A stretch of 64,000 nt of DNA, the filler included, from Basidiobolus ranarum (lineage: Eukaryota), in the NCBI GenBank assembly GCA_040143965.1. It is 22 parts of 22 records of this genome, joined end to end, with 100 filler letters (N's around TTAATTAATTAA, not from the genome) between each part and the next. Parts side by side here need not be neighbours in the genome. Positions count along the whole stretch, not along the records: positions 11,715 to 14,541 come from JASJQH010002944.1; positions 14,642 to 17,467 come from JASJQH010002945.1; positions 17,568 to 20,392 come from JASJQH010002946.1; positions 20,493 to 23,315 come from JASJQH010002947.1; positions 23,416 to 26,238 come from JASJQH010002948.1; 17 more parts are not named here. One strand, 5' to 3'. Below the pieces are notes generated by a model. The model had not been told where the DNA came from, made no database searches, and saw nothing but the letters and a program-made list of their open reading frames with translations. Below, in pieces: positions 11,715 to 25,123 of this stretch. The number at the start of each line of letters is the position of its first letter. Position 1 is the stretch's first letter. Both the position numbers and the translations under genes were made by a program.

Positions 11715-13901
11715 ATGGATTATTGTGCTCAAACTATGCAAAAACCCTTGAGCACCTTGAAAAGAGCCCTGTGTCAGAAGGTTAATATAGTCTGGAGTTT
11801 CCTTAACTCATTGCATTACATCCATCACTGATTTTGCTGATAAATGGTTGACCAGATTAGCATATGATATTATTGAAAGTTTCATATAAAGCATCATTTC
11901 ACTGCAGGTGTGCTCCATTGGGTAGTCCCAGAATGTATAGCTAGGGCCTACAATCTCTAAGCATTATGAAATATTTCATCAGGGAATGTATTGAATACTG
12001 GCATAGATTCAGTTTATCTTCTTTAAACCTGTAATAAAGTTCTTCATATCCAATTAAAAAATCTTTGCTCACTTGCAATATCAGGATGAGAGCTGCTAAT
12101 GTGAGTTGATGCCATAAGAATATATTAACAATATCTGCAAAAAACTCCTAATATTGCCAATACTCATCAACAGAAATCTTCTCAGGATTTCAATAAAGTA
12201 TATATACAAACCCAATACTTCCGGTCTTGACATTTAAATAAATACCTAGATGAATGGAAATTGATGGGGGTCCTGGTACAATATGATGGTAGTTTGAGGT
12301 TTTCAGCATTTTCCCAATCAATTTAAACTTTGATCCTTTCTTGTATGTCCCATTCAGATTGATTTTCCTCCACATTGCTGAATAAGTAGTATTGGAATGT
12401 TGTTGGAGAGTAAGTGCATAGTTCCTAATGGGAAACTCTGGCTCCAGTGGATCACCTTCAGAAATATAATCTTGGGCTTATGGCTAATCCCAAGTTTGAT
12501 GTTAGACTGACTACTTGGTGAATTGATATAAGTGAGCATGTCAAAGTCTGACCAGGCTCCTTGGGTAAGATCATGGAGTTTAATGTTTTATTTGGAGAGT
12601 TGTAATGCATATGCCTGGCAGAGTAAGCTCTATTTGTCTGACTAATTCTACAAAAAGACAGTGCATTGAGCCTGCAAAAACCTCCAAGTATACAAATGGA
12701 AGGAGTGTCACCCATACAGACATTGATATTGGGTGTAAAAAAATAATCACCCAGCTGAACCCCATTTGATAACTATTCAAATTCCACCTTCAAAGGCTCC
12801 TAGAAGCTATCTATATGAACTAGTGATTAACAACCATATATGAGGGTTAGTATAAATATTTTATGACTCTTATACCATTCAGAGGGAGGAAGATTTAGGT
12901 TGTTAAAAATTATGGCCAGCAAGCCTTTCCAATGGTATTTTTGTTTAGTGAGAAACCATCCAGAGCCAATGCAAATGGTTGATGATATGTGTTGTCAAAG
13001 AAGCCTTGACTTTTCAGATGTTGGTGGTGATATCCATCAAGTATATTGGTAATACCGTCAGCTTTATGGTGAGTAATTTGGTACTGTATTAATAATTGAT
13101 ATTTGGATGATTTCATTAAAGCTTTAAGACAAGAAATTGTTGGTATATTTGCCAAATATAAACAATATTAAATGTTTCAGTCATAGCCAATTGTGTGCAA
13201 AGAGTACACAACTTCAGGTCTTTTAGATCACCAGTGAAAGCCATACAACTATTTGTATATCAAGGTAGAATATTTACTGAAGGATTATAAGTCTTACAAT
13301 TGACTAGTGTTTTCCACTTGTACCAGTTTGTTGGCAAGTAACAGTTGCCTATCAGCTATGGTAAAAGTGTAAGAAAACTAGTAAACATCTGGTTGCCAAC
13401 ATTGGATTGAACTTTCCACTCCTTGGTAATCAAAGCTGCATCCCTTAGTTTAAGTGTTTTGAGTGGACTAATGCATGCAGATAACAAAGAGTCTATAACA
13501 AAACCATTGTCTTCTTCTAAATCTTCTGATATACAACCATCAGTACTAGAATAACCAAGGTCAACATCAAGCATCATGTCCTCAATGCTTTCTGGACTTA
13601 CCAGTTTGACCAAAATTGCACTTCTACCTACATCATTCTTGTGATATAACTGTGGTGACTGCATGATATCTTGACTTTCAGCAGTGCTACAATAACTATA
13701 AGATAAAGCAGAATTAAAAGACTCAGTGGGCAAAACAAAAGTCAAACTTGTGCCTTATTACTATTGATACTTATCAAGCTTTATGCAGCTGGTGGCTTGG
13801 TACAGTAACCATGCCTGTGATTATTTTCCATGAAGCCTCTGGCTTTTATAACACAAGAATATGTTACAATAATAGTAGGGCTCCCTTTAAATATTTATGT
13901 T
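11715..13901 (-). mobile_element. Decayed CMC/EnSpm (CACTA)-type transposase
   Basis: Remnants FALALDGFS..GKACWP, GDTP..LGGF..A...CRI, FPLGTMHLL and WDYPME resemble Tnp2/Transposase_21 and DUF4218-type motifs. Many stops. Confidence 0.75.
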
Positions 13902-14541
13902 CCCCAACAGAAAATTTTGGATTGTTATTGTAGGAAAACTCTGACAATTTTAATCCATTTTGGATTGACCACACACTTACCATCATAAAATTGTAAGCTT
14001 AGATTTGCTTTTAATCACTTTTTTCAGTTTCAGAAGTGAAATTTCAAGATCTTGCAAAATAGTTGCATGTGATTAGCTACACTGTCAGAGAAATATGGAT
14101 CAATGCTTATGCAGAAGAACATAACTCAAATTTTACTCATTTACCACTTAAATGCTAATTTTTCATCTTTGAAATCCCTAGTTTCTTTTATACATTCTCC
14201 CAAATATTTTCCTAAAGTTCTTCATACCCAAGGTTTAGCTCATATCAGCATAACTTTGTATCAATATCTCCATCAAAGCCCCCCATTGTATTACAGTTGC
14301 TGAATCAACATTATTCCATCTATCTGGCAGATACCTTGCAATATTGTGCCACTTGGTATTAACTTCTTGCCAGATATGTGCACAGTCAACACCAGCCTGA
14401 ATGTCAGGTTGAATGTTCTTCTTGTGAAACGTGTTGCCTACCATATAGGCAACCTTCACATAGCTCCAGATCCGGTGGAATTACAAAATTTAGTCCCAAA
14501 ACCATCTTGTTTTTGATTAAATTTCTCATATTTTCAGCTCC
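13902..14541 (-). mobile_element. Terminal segment of a DNA transposon (CCC(C/T)AACAGAAA terminus) with a decayed ORF
   Basis: The same sharp terminus recurs at 17030, 31319, 48593 and 61008 with different flanks. Confidence 0.75.
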
Positions 14542-14641
14542 NNNNNNNNNNNNNNNNNNNNNNNNNNNNNNNNNNNNNNNNNNNNTTAATTAATTAANNN
14601 NNNNNNNNNNNNNNNNNNNNNNNNNNNNNNNNNNNNNNNNN

Positions 14642-15852
14642 CTAACAAGTGCACAAAATCAACTTTAGTTTTGCCCACTGAGTCCACTGACTGTACTTTG
14701 CCTAAAAGTTTTGGTAACACTGCCAAAAGTCAAGATAGCATGAAGTTACCATGGTTATATGACCAGGATGATGTAAGTAGAAATTCAACTTTGGTCAAAC
14801 CAGTAAGTCCAGACAACTCTGAGGACATGCTGCTAGATGTTGACCTTGGTTATTCCAGGACTGATGGTAAAATATCAGAAGTTGAAGAAGAAGGTAATGG
14901 TTTTGTAAGGACTCTTAGCTATTGGCAAGCAATAGTCTGCTCAAAACACTAACAGTAAAGGAAGCAGCTTTGATTATTGAGGAGCAGAGAGTTCAATTTA
15001 AAATTAGCAACCAGGTGTTTATTGGTTTTCTAACACTTTTACCACTGTTGATTGGCAATTGTTGCTTGCCACAGACCTACTACCAGTGAAAAACACTTGT
15101 CAATTGTATGACTGATAATCCTTCAATAATCAAACCATCTTCATGTCCAAATGGTTGTTTGGCTTTCTCTAGTGATCTGAAAACCTGAAGTCAAGTACTG
15201 TTTGCACACAATTGGCAATCAATGAATCAGGTATATATTGTTCATATTTGGCTCACATACCATTGATTCCCTGTCTTAAAGTTTTGATGAAGTCACCCAA
15301 ATATATATCATTGATTCCATACCAAAGTACTCACCATAAAGCTGATGATATTACCAATATTCTTGATGGATATCACCACCAGAATCTGAAAAGTCAAGGT
15401 TTCTTTGAGAACAAATCTGTTGATACATTTGCATTGGCTTTGGATAGTTTCTCACAAAACAAATATACTGTTGGAAAGGCTTGCAGGTCAATAACTTAAT
15501 CAACTTATATCTTCATCCTTCTGAATGGTATAAGAGTCATAATATTTAGATACTATATATCATATCTGGACCTAAATTGCCAGTGCTTATAGATAGTCTC
15601 TAGGAGTCTTTGATTGTGGAATCTGAACAGTTATCTAATGGGGCTCAGATTGTTGAACATTTTATTAATGCTAATATCAATGTATGTATTGGTGACACTC
15701 CTGCCATTAGTAAACTTGGAGGTTTTCATGGGTACAATGCACTCTCTTGCTGTAGATTTTGTCAAATCAATGAAGTTTACTCTATCAGGCATATTCATTA
15801 CTATTATCCAAATATAACACTAAGCTCCATGATTTTACCATCAAGAGCCTGG
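14642..15852 (+). mobile_element. Decayed CMC/EnSpm-type transposase, 5' part
   Basis: Homologous to 12550-13750; contains GDTPAISKLGGFHGYNALSCCRFC. Confidence 0.75.
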
Positions 15853-16944
15853 TGTAGTTGTTTTAGGGTGTAAGTAGCAACTATGACTACAATATCCTAG
15901 GGGTTTTGTGAGGTGTTCAAAGGGTGCAATAATCACGGTTGAATAACTCTGGGATGTACTGTAATATGGGTCTGTCTCTTGCCTCTTGGGTGTTGGCAAA
16001 AGGGAATCAAGCCTCTAGAAATGTCTGAGGACTGATAAGCCACAATGCAATGTCCAGCTTTCTATTGAAAAATATGCTGGCACCTGACAAAAGAATAAAT
16101 TGGCCTCAATGTACCTTGAGAACAAACAAACAAAAAGGATATATCGAATCAAAAACAATTGTAAACTCAGCCAGCAGGGTCTTGAATATGGTTGCACTAG
16201 CAGTGATTTATCCAAGGATAGGAAAAGTTCCTTTCCTATGCACACAAAGCTAAGGAAAAAAACATAAAGTATCTTAATTATAACATCCACCTGTTAGTAC
16301 TTCCTTTGAGCCAGTCAATCCTTTCTAGTCACACAGTAGCTTGTAACTGCCTCTAGTAGTCTCTCTTCAGCTTCCTTTTCAAAGGTCTTGTAAGCAGTGA
16401 TGAAAATAAGGGATGATCACAAGTAGTAATTGTTAGTTAAGATCCAGGATGATTTTTATGTGAAAAGATATGACTCCTATTTATACTTTTCTGAAGGCAG
16501 ATATGATTACTAAGGAGGATTTCTGGAAAGCTCCAAAGAATTCAATTGGTGGGGATCTGGGGTTATGATATCATCATAAATCATACGATTAGTAATGCAT
16601 GGAATGTTCCGGTAGATTGTAGAATAATCCAGAAAGTCATGGAGTGTTCCAGCAAAATCAAGTTTTTGATTGATCAAAACTCAATTAATCATCAAATATT
16701 TCAAGAATTTTGTGGAATGTTCTGGAAGATCATAGAATTTTCCAGAAAATAATAGGGCTAATTTGGGTTAATACTGATGAATCTGAAATAATCAAGGATA
16801 GTACTAATGGCGTGATATGATTGGCTAAAAATTATAGGTAAATCAAATATGGATAATAAAATAGAAATTGAGCAATAGTAATGATATGAGCTTGAAGTGG
16901 AAATAAGTCAACCTGCCAGTGGGTAGCAATGCTGCCCCACTACA
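15853..16944. mobile_element. Probable LTR (~1.09 kb) inserted in the transposase
   Basis: Bounded by TGTAGT...ACTACA inverted termini and interrupts the transposase abruptly. No TSD is seen. Confidence 0.5.
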
Positions 16945-17029
16945 ACATATTTTGTTCTGCTAGATTGTCATGGTGATGTTCATATGTTTGGTGTGGGATT
17001 GATTGAAATCCTGTATGAGAATGGATGGA

Positions 17030-17467
17030 CCCTAACAGAAATTTGAGGATTGTTATTGTAGGAAAACCATCACAATCTTAATCCATTTGGGATTGACCAT
17101 TTACTTACCATCATAAAATCATGAAGTTAGATTTGATTTTAATCAATTTTTTCAGTTTCAGGAGTGAAATTTCAAGATCTTGCAAAATAGTAGCACATGA
17201 TTGGCTACAATTGCAGAGAACTATGGATCAACACATGTACAAAAAATGTTACTCAAATTTTACACATTTATTACTTTAATACTAGTTTGTCACCATTGAA
17301 AGTCCTAGTTTCTTTGATATATTCTCCTGAATATTTTTAGAGTTCTTCATACCCAAGGTTTAGCTCATACCCAACACAAGTTTGTATTAATATCTCCATC
17401 AAAGCCACCATTGTATTAACATTGCTGAATCAATAATCTTTTAGCTATCTGGCAGATACCCTGCAAT
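17030..17467 (-). mobile_element. CCCTA-terminus transposon segment
   Basis: Copy of 13902-14340. Confidence 0.75.
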
Positions 17468-17567
17468 NNNNNNNNNNNNNNNNNNNNNNNNNNNNNNNNN
17501 NNNNNNNNNNNTTAATTAATTAANNNNNNNNNNNNNNNNNNNNNNNNNNNNNNNNNNNNNNNNNNNN

Positions 17568-17914
<347 letters not shown>

Positions 17915-18314
17915 TCTAACAATAAATTCACTAGACGGGAAATGAGAAGGAAGAAACTACTTTTTCTATCGAAACAACTTTAAAGGGCCACCTCTCCCTC
18001 ATCCAATAATTTGTCCCCCTTTGGAATGGTGCTAATTACAGGGAGATCAATTTTGACTGGATATCAGATTACTCTCAAATCCTTAGATGGACTTGGTCAA
18101 TTGAGCGTTTACTAAGTTTGTATGATTCTTAGTTAATCTTATGTAGACTGATAATTGCAATTGATGGGTATGAAGAAAAAAATACAATGTGCTTGATGCG
18201 ATAGTACCAGTACAAGTATTCTAGAATGGTAAAATTTTAATTACATAATTACATGCATTCTCAGTAGGTCAAGTGCTTTCTTGCTCGACTCGAACGTTGC
18301 AATCTCAATAAAAT

Positions 18315-20155
18315 ATGACTTCGCAAAATCCGTTGAATGATGAGATCACTTCGTTGAAGCATAATTTAGACAGTACGGACAATTGCCAACCTGAAAAGAA
18401 ACCAAGTCTTGAAAATATTCAAGAAAACGTTGAAATGAAAGAGGACAACATAGCCACAGAAACTGCTTCTGTGGTCGAGCAAGTCGCTCCAGTGGAAAAT
18501 TTGGTTAAAAAGGAAAAGCGACTTCCCAAAAGGAAGGTAGCATTACTTATGAGTTATTGTGGAACTGGTTATCAGGGCATGCAAGTGTAAGTAGCATTGG
18601 AATATTCTACATGAAATCTTTCAACATGGTAAACTCATCAATTCTGTTCATTCAGTAATCCTGGTGCCATTACTATCGAAGGTGAGCTTTTCAAAGCACT
18701 TATCGATATTGGAGCCATTTCTAAGGATAACTCCGTTGACCAAAAAAAGGTATTAGTCAAAGCAAATGTCAAGTTTAAATAATGTCTGATTGTAGTACAA
18801 TAGGTTGGGTTTATGCGCGCTGCTAGAACAGATAAAGGTGTACATGCCGCTGGCCAAGTGGTGAATCTCAAGATGATCGTTGAAGATCCTGATATCATTG
18901 AAAAACTTAATGCTAAACTCCCAGAGCAGATTCGTGTTTGGGGTAAGCGTTGCATAGTAGCACCTGATAGTGTATGAGATATATTGGCAAGCATTTTCCC
19001 ATTAACCTTGATATTCTAGGATACGTTAAAGTCATGACATCCTTCCACTCCAAGAATCACTGCGACTCTCGGTTTTATGAATATTTAATGCCCACGTATG
19101 TATTTATGCCTCCATCCGGCGAAGTGAATCCTTCACCTCCTGAAGAGCGTCAACTCCCACTATCAACTGCTGAAGAGATGGTAGTGAAGAGACAGTTTAG
19201 AATTTCCCCAGAAACGCTTACCTATGTTAGGAATGCATTGAATAACTATATTGGGACCCATAATTATCACAACTTCACATCTGGAAAATCGTTTAAAGAT
19301 GCTAGTGCCAACAGATTTATCATGGGCTTCGAGGTTTGTGCCTTTTTCTCCAGATGAATATCCTAGTCGGTTAATTCATTCGTTTGAATTTGCTGTATAT
19401 AGTGCTCCGACCCTAAAATCATTGATGGGTGTGAATGGGTTAGTCTCAAAGTTCACGGCCAAGCTTTCATGATTCACCAAATTAGAAAAATGGTTGGTAA
19501 GTATATATTTAGCATGTACAAATGGCGAAGCATATGTGTACTGATGTCTTTACGTAGGATTGGTTATCTTAATGGCTCGTACAAACACTCCTTTAAGTCT
19601 TATGGAGAAAACTTTCGAAGAGAACAAAATCAACATCCCCAAAGCACCTGGAATAGGGCTCTTGCTAGAGAAGGTTAGTTGAAGCATTCAAGTAGAATCC
19701 TAAGACCAGTCCATCTTACAAAATGACATTTACCACCATCAAGCCTATTTTTGGTCCATACAACCGAAAAGCTAAAGAACTTAATAGAGATCCTGTTGAA
19801 TTTGACCGTTACCAGGTAGCTATAGTAAACCCGATGGCTATAGCCAGAAATTAAAACCTTTTGCTCATTTTTGGTAGGATCAAGTAGATGAGTTTAAAAA
19901 CAAGTACATCTACGACGCCATGGTTAAGGTCGAAAGCGAAGAAAACAAGTAACCCACCTATCTCATATGCGTTGTCGTTAACGTATGCTAATATTCTCAT
20001 ATAGCTTCGATCAATGGATCAGAGGAATCGATACATTCCCCGAATTCTATACATACATTAATCCTGAAGGCACAATTCCGGATAGCGCCTTGGTCTGTAA
20101 TCAGATTCGCTTGCCCACAATAGAGAAGGAAGAGAAACAAGGCTCAGCGGAATGA
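18315..20155 (+). CDS. PUS1: tRNA pseudouridine synthase, TruA/Pus1 family, 9 exons
   Basis: Motifs [17 protein letters not shown], catalytic [35 protein letters not shown] and [12 protein letters not shown]. Eight short GT-AG introns (e.g. 18587-18655, 18750-18803, 18943-19019). Stop TGA at 20153-20155. Confidence 0.95.
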
Positions 20156-20639
20156 GTCTACCGGGAACTCTAGATCGTCAAAATAGGTTTTGTTGACATA
20201 TATCTAATTTGTATTGATATAGCGCATCATTTGGTCCATAGTATAGAAGTTGGACTTTTACGCTGAATTTGCAAAATATAGTTAGAGTTAGATGTTTATT
20301 CTAACTGATTTAAACTTGTAAAGATTCAAAACTTATTACGAGGATTAAGGAAAATTAAAGCAGATAATACATTGTGGGCTTTAAAATCTTAGNNNNNNNN
20401 NNNNNNNNNNNNNNNNNNNNNNNNNNNNNNNNNNNNTTAATTAATTAANNNNNNNNNNNNNNNNNNNNNNNNNNNNNNNNNNNNNNNNNNNNGTTCTTGA
20501 ATAATCCTCGAAAAATTGCTAAAAATATCGTTTTCTCCTACAAGGAGTGCGCCGGTGCCCACACCCTTCCACCCCAAGATCCTCCTAGGTGGCCAAGGAC
20601 TACATGCCAAAGAGATCTGGCGGGAAATGAGTAGATTAC

Positions 20640-21096
20640 GTAAAGCAACACGGGTGGTTGGGGTAACTTGAGCGATATCAATATCAGCATCAATGTCAAC
20701 TACGTATTTGCCTTCAGGATGAATCTAAATTATTCAAACAGTAAGCAACTTTTCTCTAGTTAAGGGCTAAAGTAGACAAGAAAACACCGACTTTGACCAA
20801 AGCTTTCTTCTTTCCCATCAGCTTGACGACTTCACCGACGTAAGAACCAGGTTCTTGTAATAATTGTAACTCCTCACGTAAAAGACGGACTATTTCGAAG
20901 TTTTCGTTAATATAGGTATAACATATTCGTTGAAGTCTAAATAAAGCCTATATGTTGAAAAATGATAAAAACCTTTGGTGTTAAGTGCGTTTCTTTGAGC
21001 CTCCAAACGACGGAGGTTCTGAGTTTTTTCGTTAATAGTAAGTTCACATTCCTCAATCTTAGCTTTATAAAAGCTTTTAATGCCCTCTCGTCCCAT
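20640..21096 (-). CDS. RPT6: 26S proteasome AAA-ATPase Rpt6 (PSMC5/Sug1), N-terminal three exons
   Basis: Spliced [38 protein letters not shown]...[17 protein letters not shown]. Introns 20972-20890 and 20791-20725. The rest of the gene lies beyond the contig edge. Confidence 0.93.
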
Positions 21097-21541
21097 TTCT
21101 ATTGTTTGTTATTAAGGGATGGGAAAGTAGTAGTAACGAAAGGGAGTTTAGGCTTCTTTAGTAAAAAAAATGGCTATAGTCAGTAAACTTATTCTACCTA
21201 TACTGGATCATATGGCTTACGTCAGGGATTTGATGCTCATACGCAATTTCCGAAATCAAGCAACTGTAGTATATAGCACATTACAACCAATTTCTCTATC
21301 AGATGATTGTGGAATAGACCACTCGGATTCAAATGTTTAGATTTAAACCAGTTGCTCAACAGTCCTTATCTCCTGGAAATACCAAGGTTTTGTAACACCA
21401 TTCGCAGATTCAAATTCAAACAAGATGTAGAAGAGCGAGCAAGTCAAATAGGTGTATATTGATATATATTATATAAGGGTAATTTATTTAGAAATGAACA
21501 ACATAAACCAGAGTCAAAACCAGTCCAACCATAATATTCCT

Positions 21542-21940
21542 CTAGTTCTCTTGAGTGCGAAGGCGAGCATTAGCGTTGGTAACCTTGACGTTCAATTGTT
21601 GAGCGCGTTCAACGATAGCAATGCGATTTTTGGAGGAAACGTTATGGGCGATTTCAGCGGCATAAGTACGGTTTTGCATCAACAAAACCTCCAATTCCTT
21701 AGGGCTAGAAACGACGAACTTCTTGAAACCGTTAGGCAAAAGGTGACGAGTTTTTTGGTTGGATCCATAACCAATGCTGGGCATAGGGATTTGTCCCTTG
21801 AATCTACGACGAACACGATTATCAATACCCTTGGGCTTTCTCCAAGCCTCCTTGACGGTCTTGTAGCGGTCAGATTGATGACGCTTGAAGTGCTTGGTGC
21901 GCTTCTTCACGATTGTGATTTTATTAACAGAGGAAACCAT
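21542..21940 (-). CDS. RPL32: 60S ribosomal protein eL32; probable 5' UTR intron 21948-22070
   Basis: [44 protein letters not shown]; complete 132 aa. Confidence 0.98.
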   Translation of the reverse strand: MVSSVNKITIVKKRTKHFKRHQSDRYKTVKEAWRKPKGIDNRVRRRFKGQIPMPSIGYGSNQKTRHLLPNGFKKFVVSSPKELEVLLMQNRTYAAEIAHNVSSKNRIAIVERAQQLNVKVTNANARLRTQEN

Positions 21941-22595
21941 TTTACAACTAAATCAAGGAAACTAAGGTTAATGGGTACGAACAAGCTGCATGGTGGAGGT
22001 ATTCAGGGAAATAATTGCTCTCAGACAACGGATGGATGAAGTTATTGTATGGGATAGAACTTGGCCTTACCTTGCTCACGCAGCCTAATGTATGTTGGAA
22101 AGAAGGAGCTTTTGGGCGGGTAGTTCCAATTTTTTAATCACCAGCAACCAATCACTCTTAGTGTTAGGACATCACTCATCTTCCTGATCGAAAAAAAATC
22201 CCACTAATCAAATTTATATGGTTAAACGAGGATTTCCGTAACTAACTTAAACACACATTGAACTAAGAGAAAGGAAATCAAGTGGGGGCCCAAAAATTGT
22301 TTAACCTCATGAAGTAGAAATTGTTGGGTTGGTGGGGTAGTGAGTTTTACGACATAAGGAATCTACCCAAATAGGCGAGACCGATCCCCTAACAGAAGGA
22401 TAATAGACTTTTTTCGTTTGTTATACTAGTGCCCCGTCCACTCAAACTCTCTTGCTAGACTTGTTTTCCCCACTTTTTTTCTGCAAGTAGGTATAGTGTT
22501 CTTAAGGAATGCTGTTATTGAGCACCTAAGTTTGGTTTCCGACTCACTTTTTATTAAATATCTTTGTCTTTTTAAACTAGCTAGTATTTTTTGAA

Positions 22596-23108
22596 ATGGC
22601 TTCGGGTTTCGGTTTCAACGGCGGTAAGAAATTTAATGTTTACCTTGTGTATTTTACTTCTCGGTCTTGGTCTTCGTTTATCTTGTGATGATTCGCATAT
22701 TCTTTGACGTGGAAATATTATCGGACGTGTTGAACTAATTGTTTTCCGTATTCAGGTCGTAACAGATGCTTCAATCTCTGGCAAGAGTTCTCTAAATGTT
22801 ATGTAATGTCTGATAATCCTTCCGAGTGTATTTTACAACAAGAGGATTACTTCGAATGTCTTCATCACACCAAAGAGGTATCGTATATGTACTTGGGATA
22901 TTTTAGATACTTAAGCTGGAGGTTAAATGTATGTTTATATTCCTAGATTGCCAGAGCTAACACCATCGTAGCTGAAGCCAGACGTCAAGGTTTAAGACAA
23001 CAATCCTCCACCACCTCAACGGGCAAGAATGTTGCTGATAACAAGGTTATACGTCTGAACATTGTCGAGAAAGACGATCCGGCCAAAGAAGAAGATGTGA
23101 AAGCCTGA
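22596..23108 (+). CDS. NADH:ubiquinone oxidoreductase accessory subunit, NDUFS5-like (twin CX9C), 3 exons
   Basis: Spliced MASGFGFNGGRNRCFNLWQEFSKCYVMSDNPSECILQQEDYFECLHHTKEIARAN...EEDVKA*. Introns ~22624-22755 and ~22878-22946. Missed by the ORF track. Confidence 0.9.
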
Positions 23109-23415
23109 GATTTTTCAAGAACTCCGATACAATTTCATCGCTCCTTTATATCACACAATCCATCGATCTTGAATAAAACCACTGAAACTATTTGACATTA
23201 GTACCCTTCGTTTTTCGCTCGCTCGCACCCTCCCTCGATCAATATCACTTCAACACTATCCTCACACTCAACAATAAAATATTCTAGCATATACAAAGCA
23301 TCCTCATGGCTTCGGNNNNNNNNNNNNNNNNNNNNNNNNNNNNNNNNNNNNNNNNNNNNTTAATTAATTAANNNNNNNNNNNNNNNNNNNNNNNNNNNNN
23401 NNNNNNNNNNNNNNN

Positions 23416-23550
23416 GACTATAGATTGAACCTAAAGAATCATCTAAAGATAAAGAATTTAATAAGATCATTAAAGTTACACCTAATAGCATCATTTCTAA
23501 GCTTATTAGCATTAATATTAAATTCCTTTTATTTAGTATAAAACTGTAAC
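23416..23550 (-). pseudogene. nad4L: Mitochondrial nad4L fragment (probable NUMT)
   Basis: FILNKRNLILMLISLEMMLLGVTLMILLNSLSLDDSLGSIYS resembles the fungal Nad4L core. It has mitochondrial-style TTA-rich codons, lacks the native N-terminus, and sits on a nuclear contig. Confidence 0.8.
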
Positions 23551-23682
23551 TACTCATACTATTGGGTTTGGAGAGTTTTGGGAGATTTAGTTGATGCTAG
23601 CAAACAGTACTTAAATGAGACATGCCATGATAGTGGCCAAAGTCATAATGTCACAAATTTGTATCGAATATAACATAGTATT

Positions 23683-24061
23683 TGTAGAAATTAGCATTGC
23701 CTAAGCACCTATATAGTCATATATAGCTTAGTATTTAGTTATCCTATATTGAACTAATATATCACTCACCATTCTCAAGAGGAATTTGCTTAGAATATTT
23801 TTACCAACAGATATCACTCACTATTCTCAATCGGAACTTACTTGGAATATTGACACCAACTTAGAAGTTCTCAGATATATAGATTTTCAAACCTGTCCTA
23901 GAAGCCCCAAGCTTTGCACACATGTTCCTGGGACCTTCCTAAACATATTCTACTTGCTAGTTTGTTTACATCTTGACGAAACTATAAATGTCAACTGAAT
24001 ACTCTATAAATCAATAAGTGAAAACCACTAATTTCTCTAATTCTCCAAACTACTTCCAACA
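23683..24061 (+). mobile_element. LTR family B copy (TGT.GAAATTAGCATTGCC...CTTCCAACA)
   Basis: TG..CA ends. Homologous copies at 47660-47987 (-), 50206-50298 (-) and 60449-60740 (+). Confidence 0.75.
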
Positions 24062-25123
24062 AACTCCGAAAATACTTCAACCTTTAGAAAATATCCAACA
24101 ATCTATAATTTCAGTGCAAAAAAACACTCGATTGAAAATCAATACATGTAACAGCACCAAGAGTTCTGTAATCATCTTCCTAACATCAAAGACTGCTATT
24201 TGAGCTCATATTAGGCCATGAGAAAAACATTAAGCTGAATTATTCAGTGAAAGCAGAAATACTGTCAGTTGCAATATGCATGCCCAAAAAATGAATCGTT
24301 ATGAGCCTTATATTTGGCATACTGTATATGAAAGCTGTTCTCAAAATATTTTTACATCGTGATTTTGAGAGAAGGTAATAAGGTGTCAAGTACCGTTGTC
24401 AACACTACTCAGACTGTGGGTATAATGAGTTTAAACAGACCAGCAATGAAAAGCATCGTAAAGTTACTAAATATTTGTAAGGTCTATATAAGCATACAAT
24501 AACATTAAATATAAAGCATTGATATCATATATTTAGAAATATGCTAAACCTGCCATCAGTGCCTTGGCTCCACCTTTTTCTTGGAGTTCATTCCCACGCA
24601 CTTATTAGCTACTGATAGAAATGACACCAAGTGTGAATCCTATATTTTCCATGAAGTATATAAAGAACTAGCAATCAAATATCCCAAAGATTACTATTTT
24701 GACTTTGTAGTACTTGAGAAATTGTTTCTGGGGTTGCGACCATAAATTGGAGTACATCTAATATGGATCTGATCAGGTGGTACTGGAATATACTGCACGA
24801 TTGAAAAAGACCATAATTGGGGCGGGAATTTTCGGACAGATAAATGACAACACGAGAACTGTCCTACAAACAAACTACCTCGGGTGAAAAAAAAGTACAC
24901 TACAATATAAATTAGTAGTTACAAATCATGTGTAAGATAAGGTTAAGGTTTGATTTATTCGTAAAGAATTTCGAGGTAGCGCAAAATGAAATTGGTTTTC
25001 GATTATGCTCCATGTAAGCAAAGCTAAATATTATAAACAAATCACAATGATTTTTCAGAATGCAGGTTGATTATGTAGATAAGATAGGGTGAGGCTTGGG
25101 AATGTTGACGACAAAATGGAAAC

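Noticed and set aside
21452..22039. 195-aa + strand ORF
   Set aside because: Antisense shadow of RPL32.
22878..22946. Possible U12-type intron (GTATCG)
   Set aside because: It lacks the GTATCCTT donor and the TCCTTAAC branch consensus.
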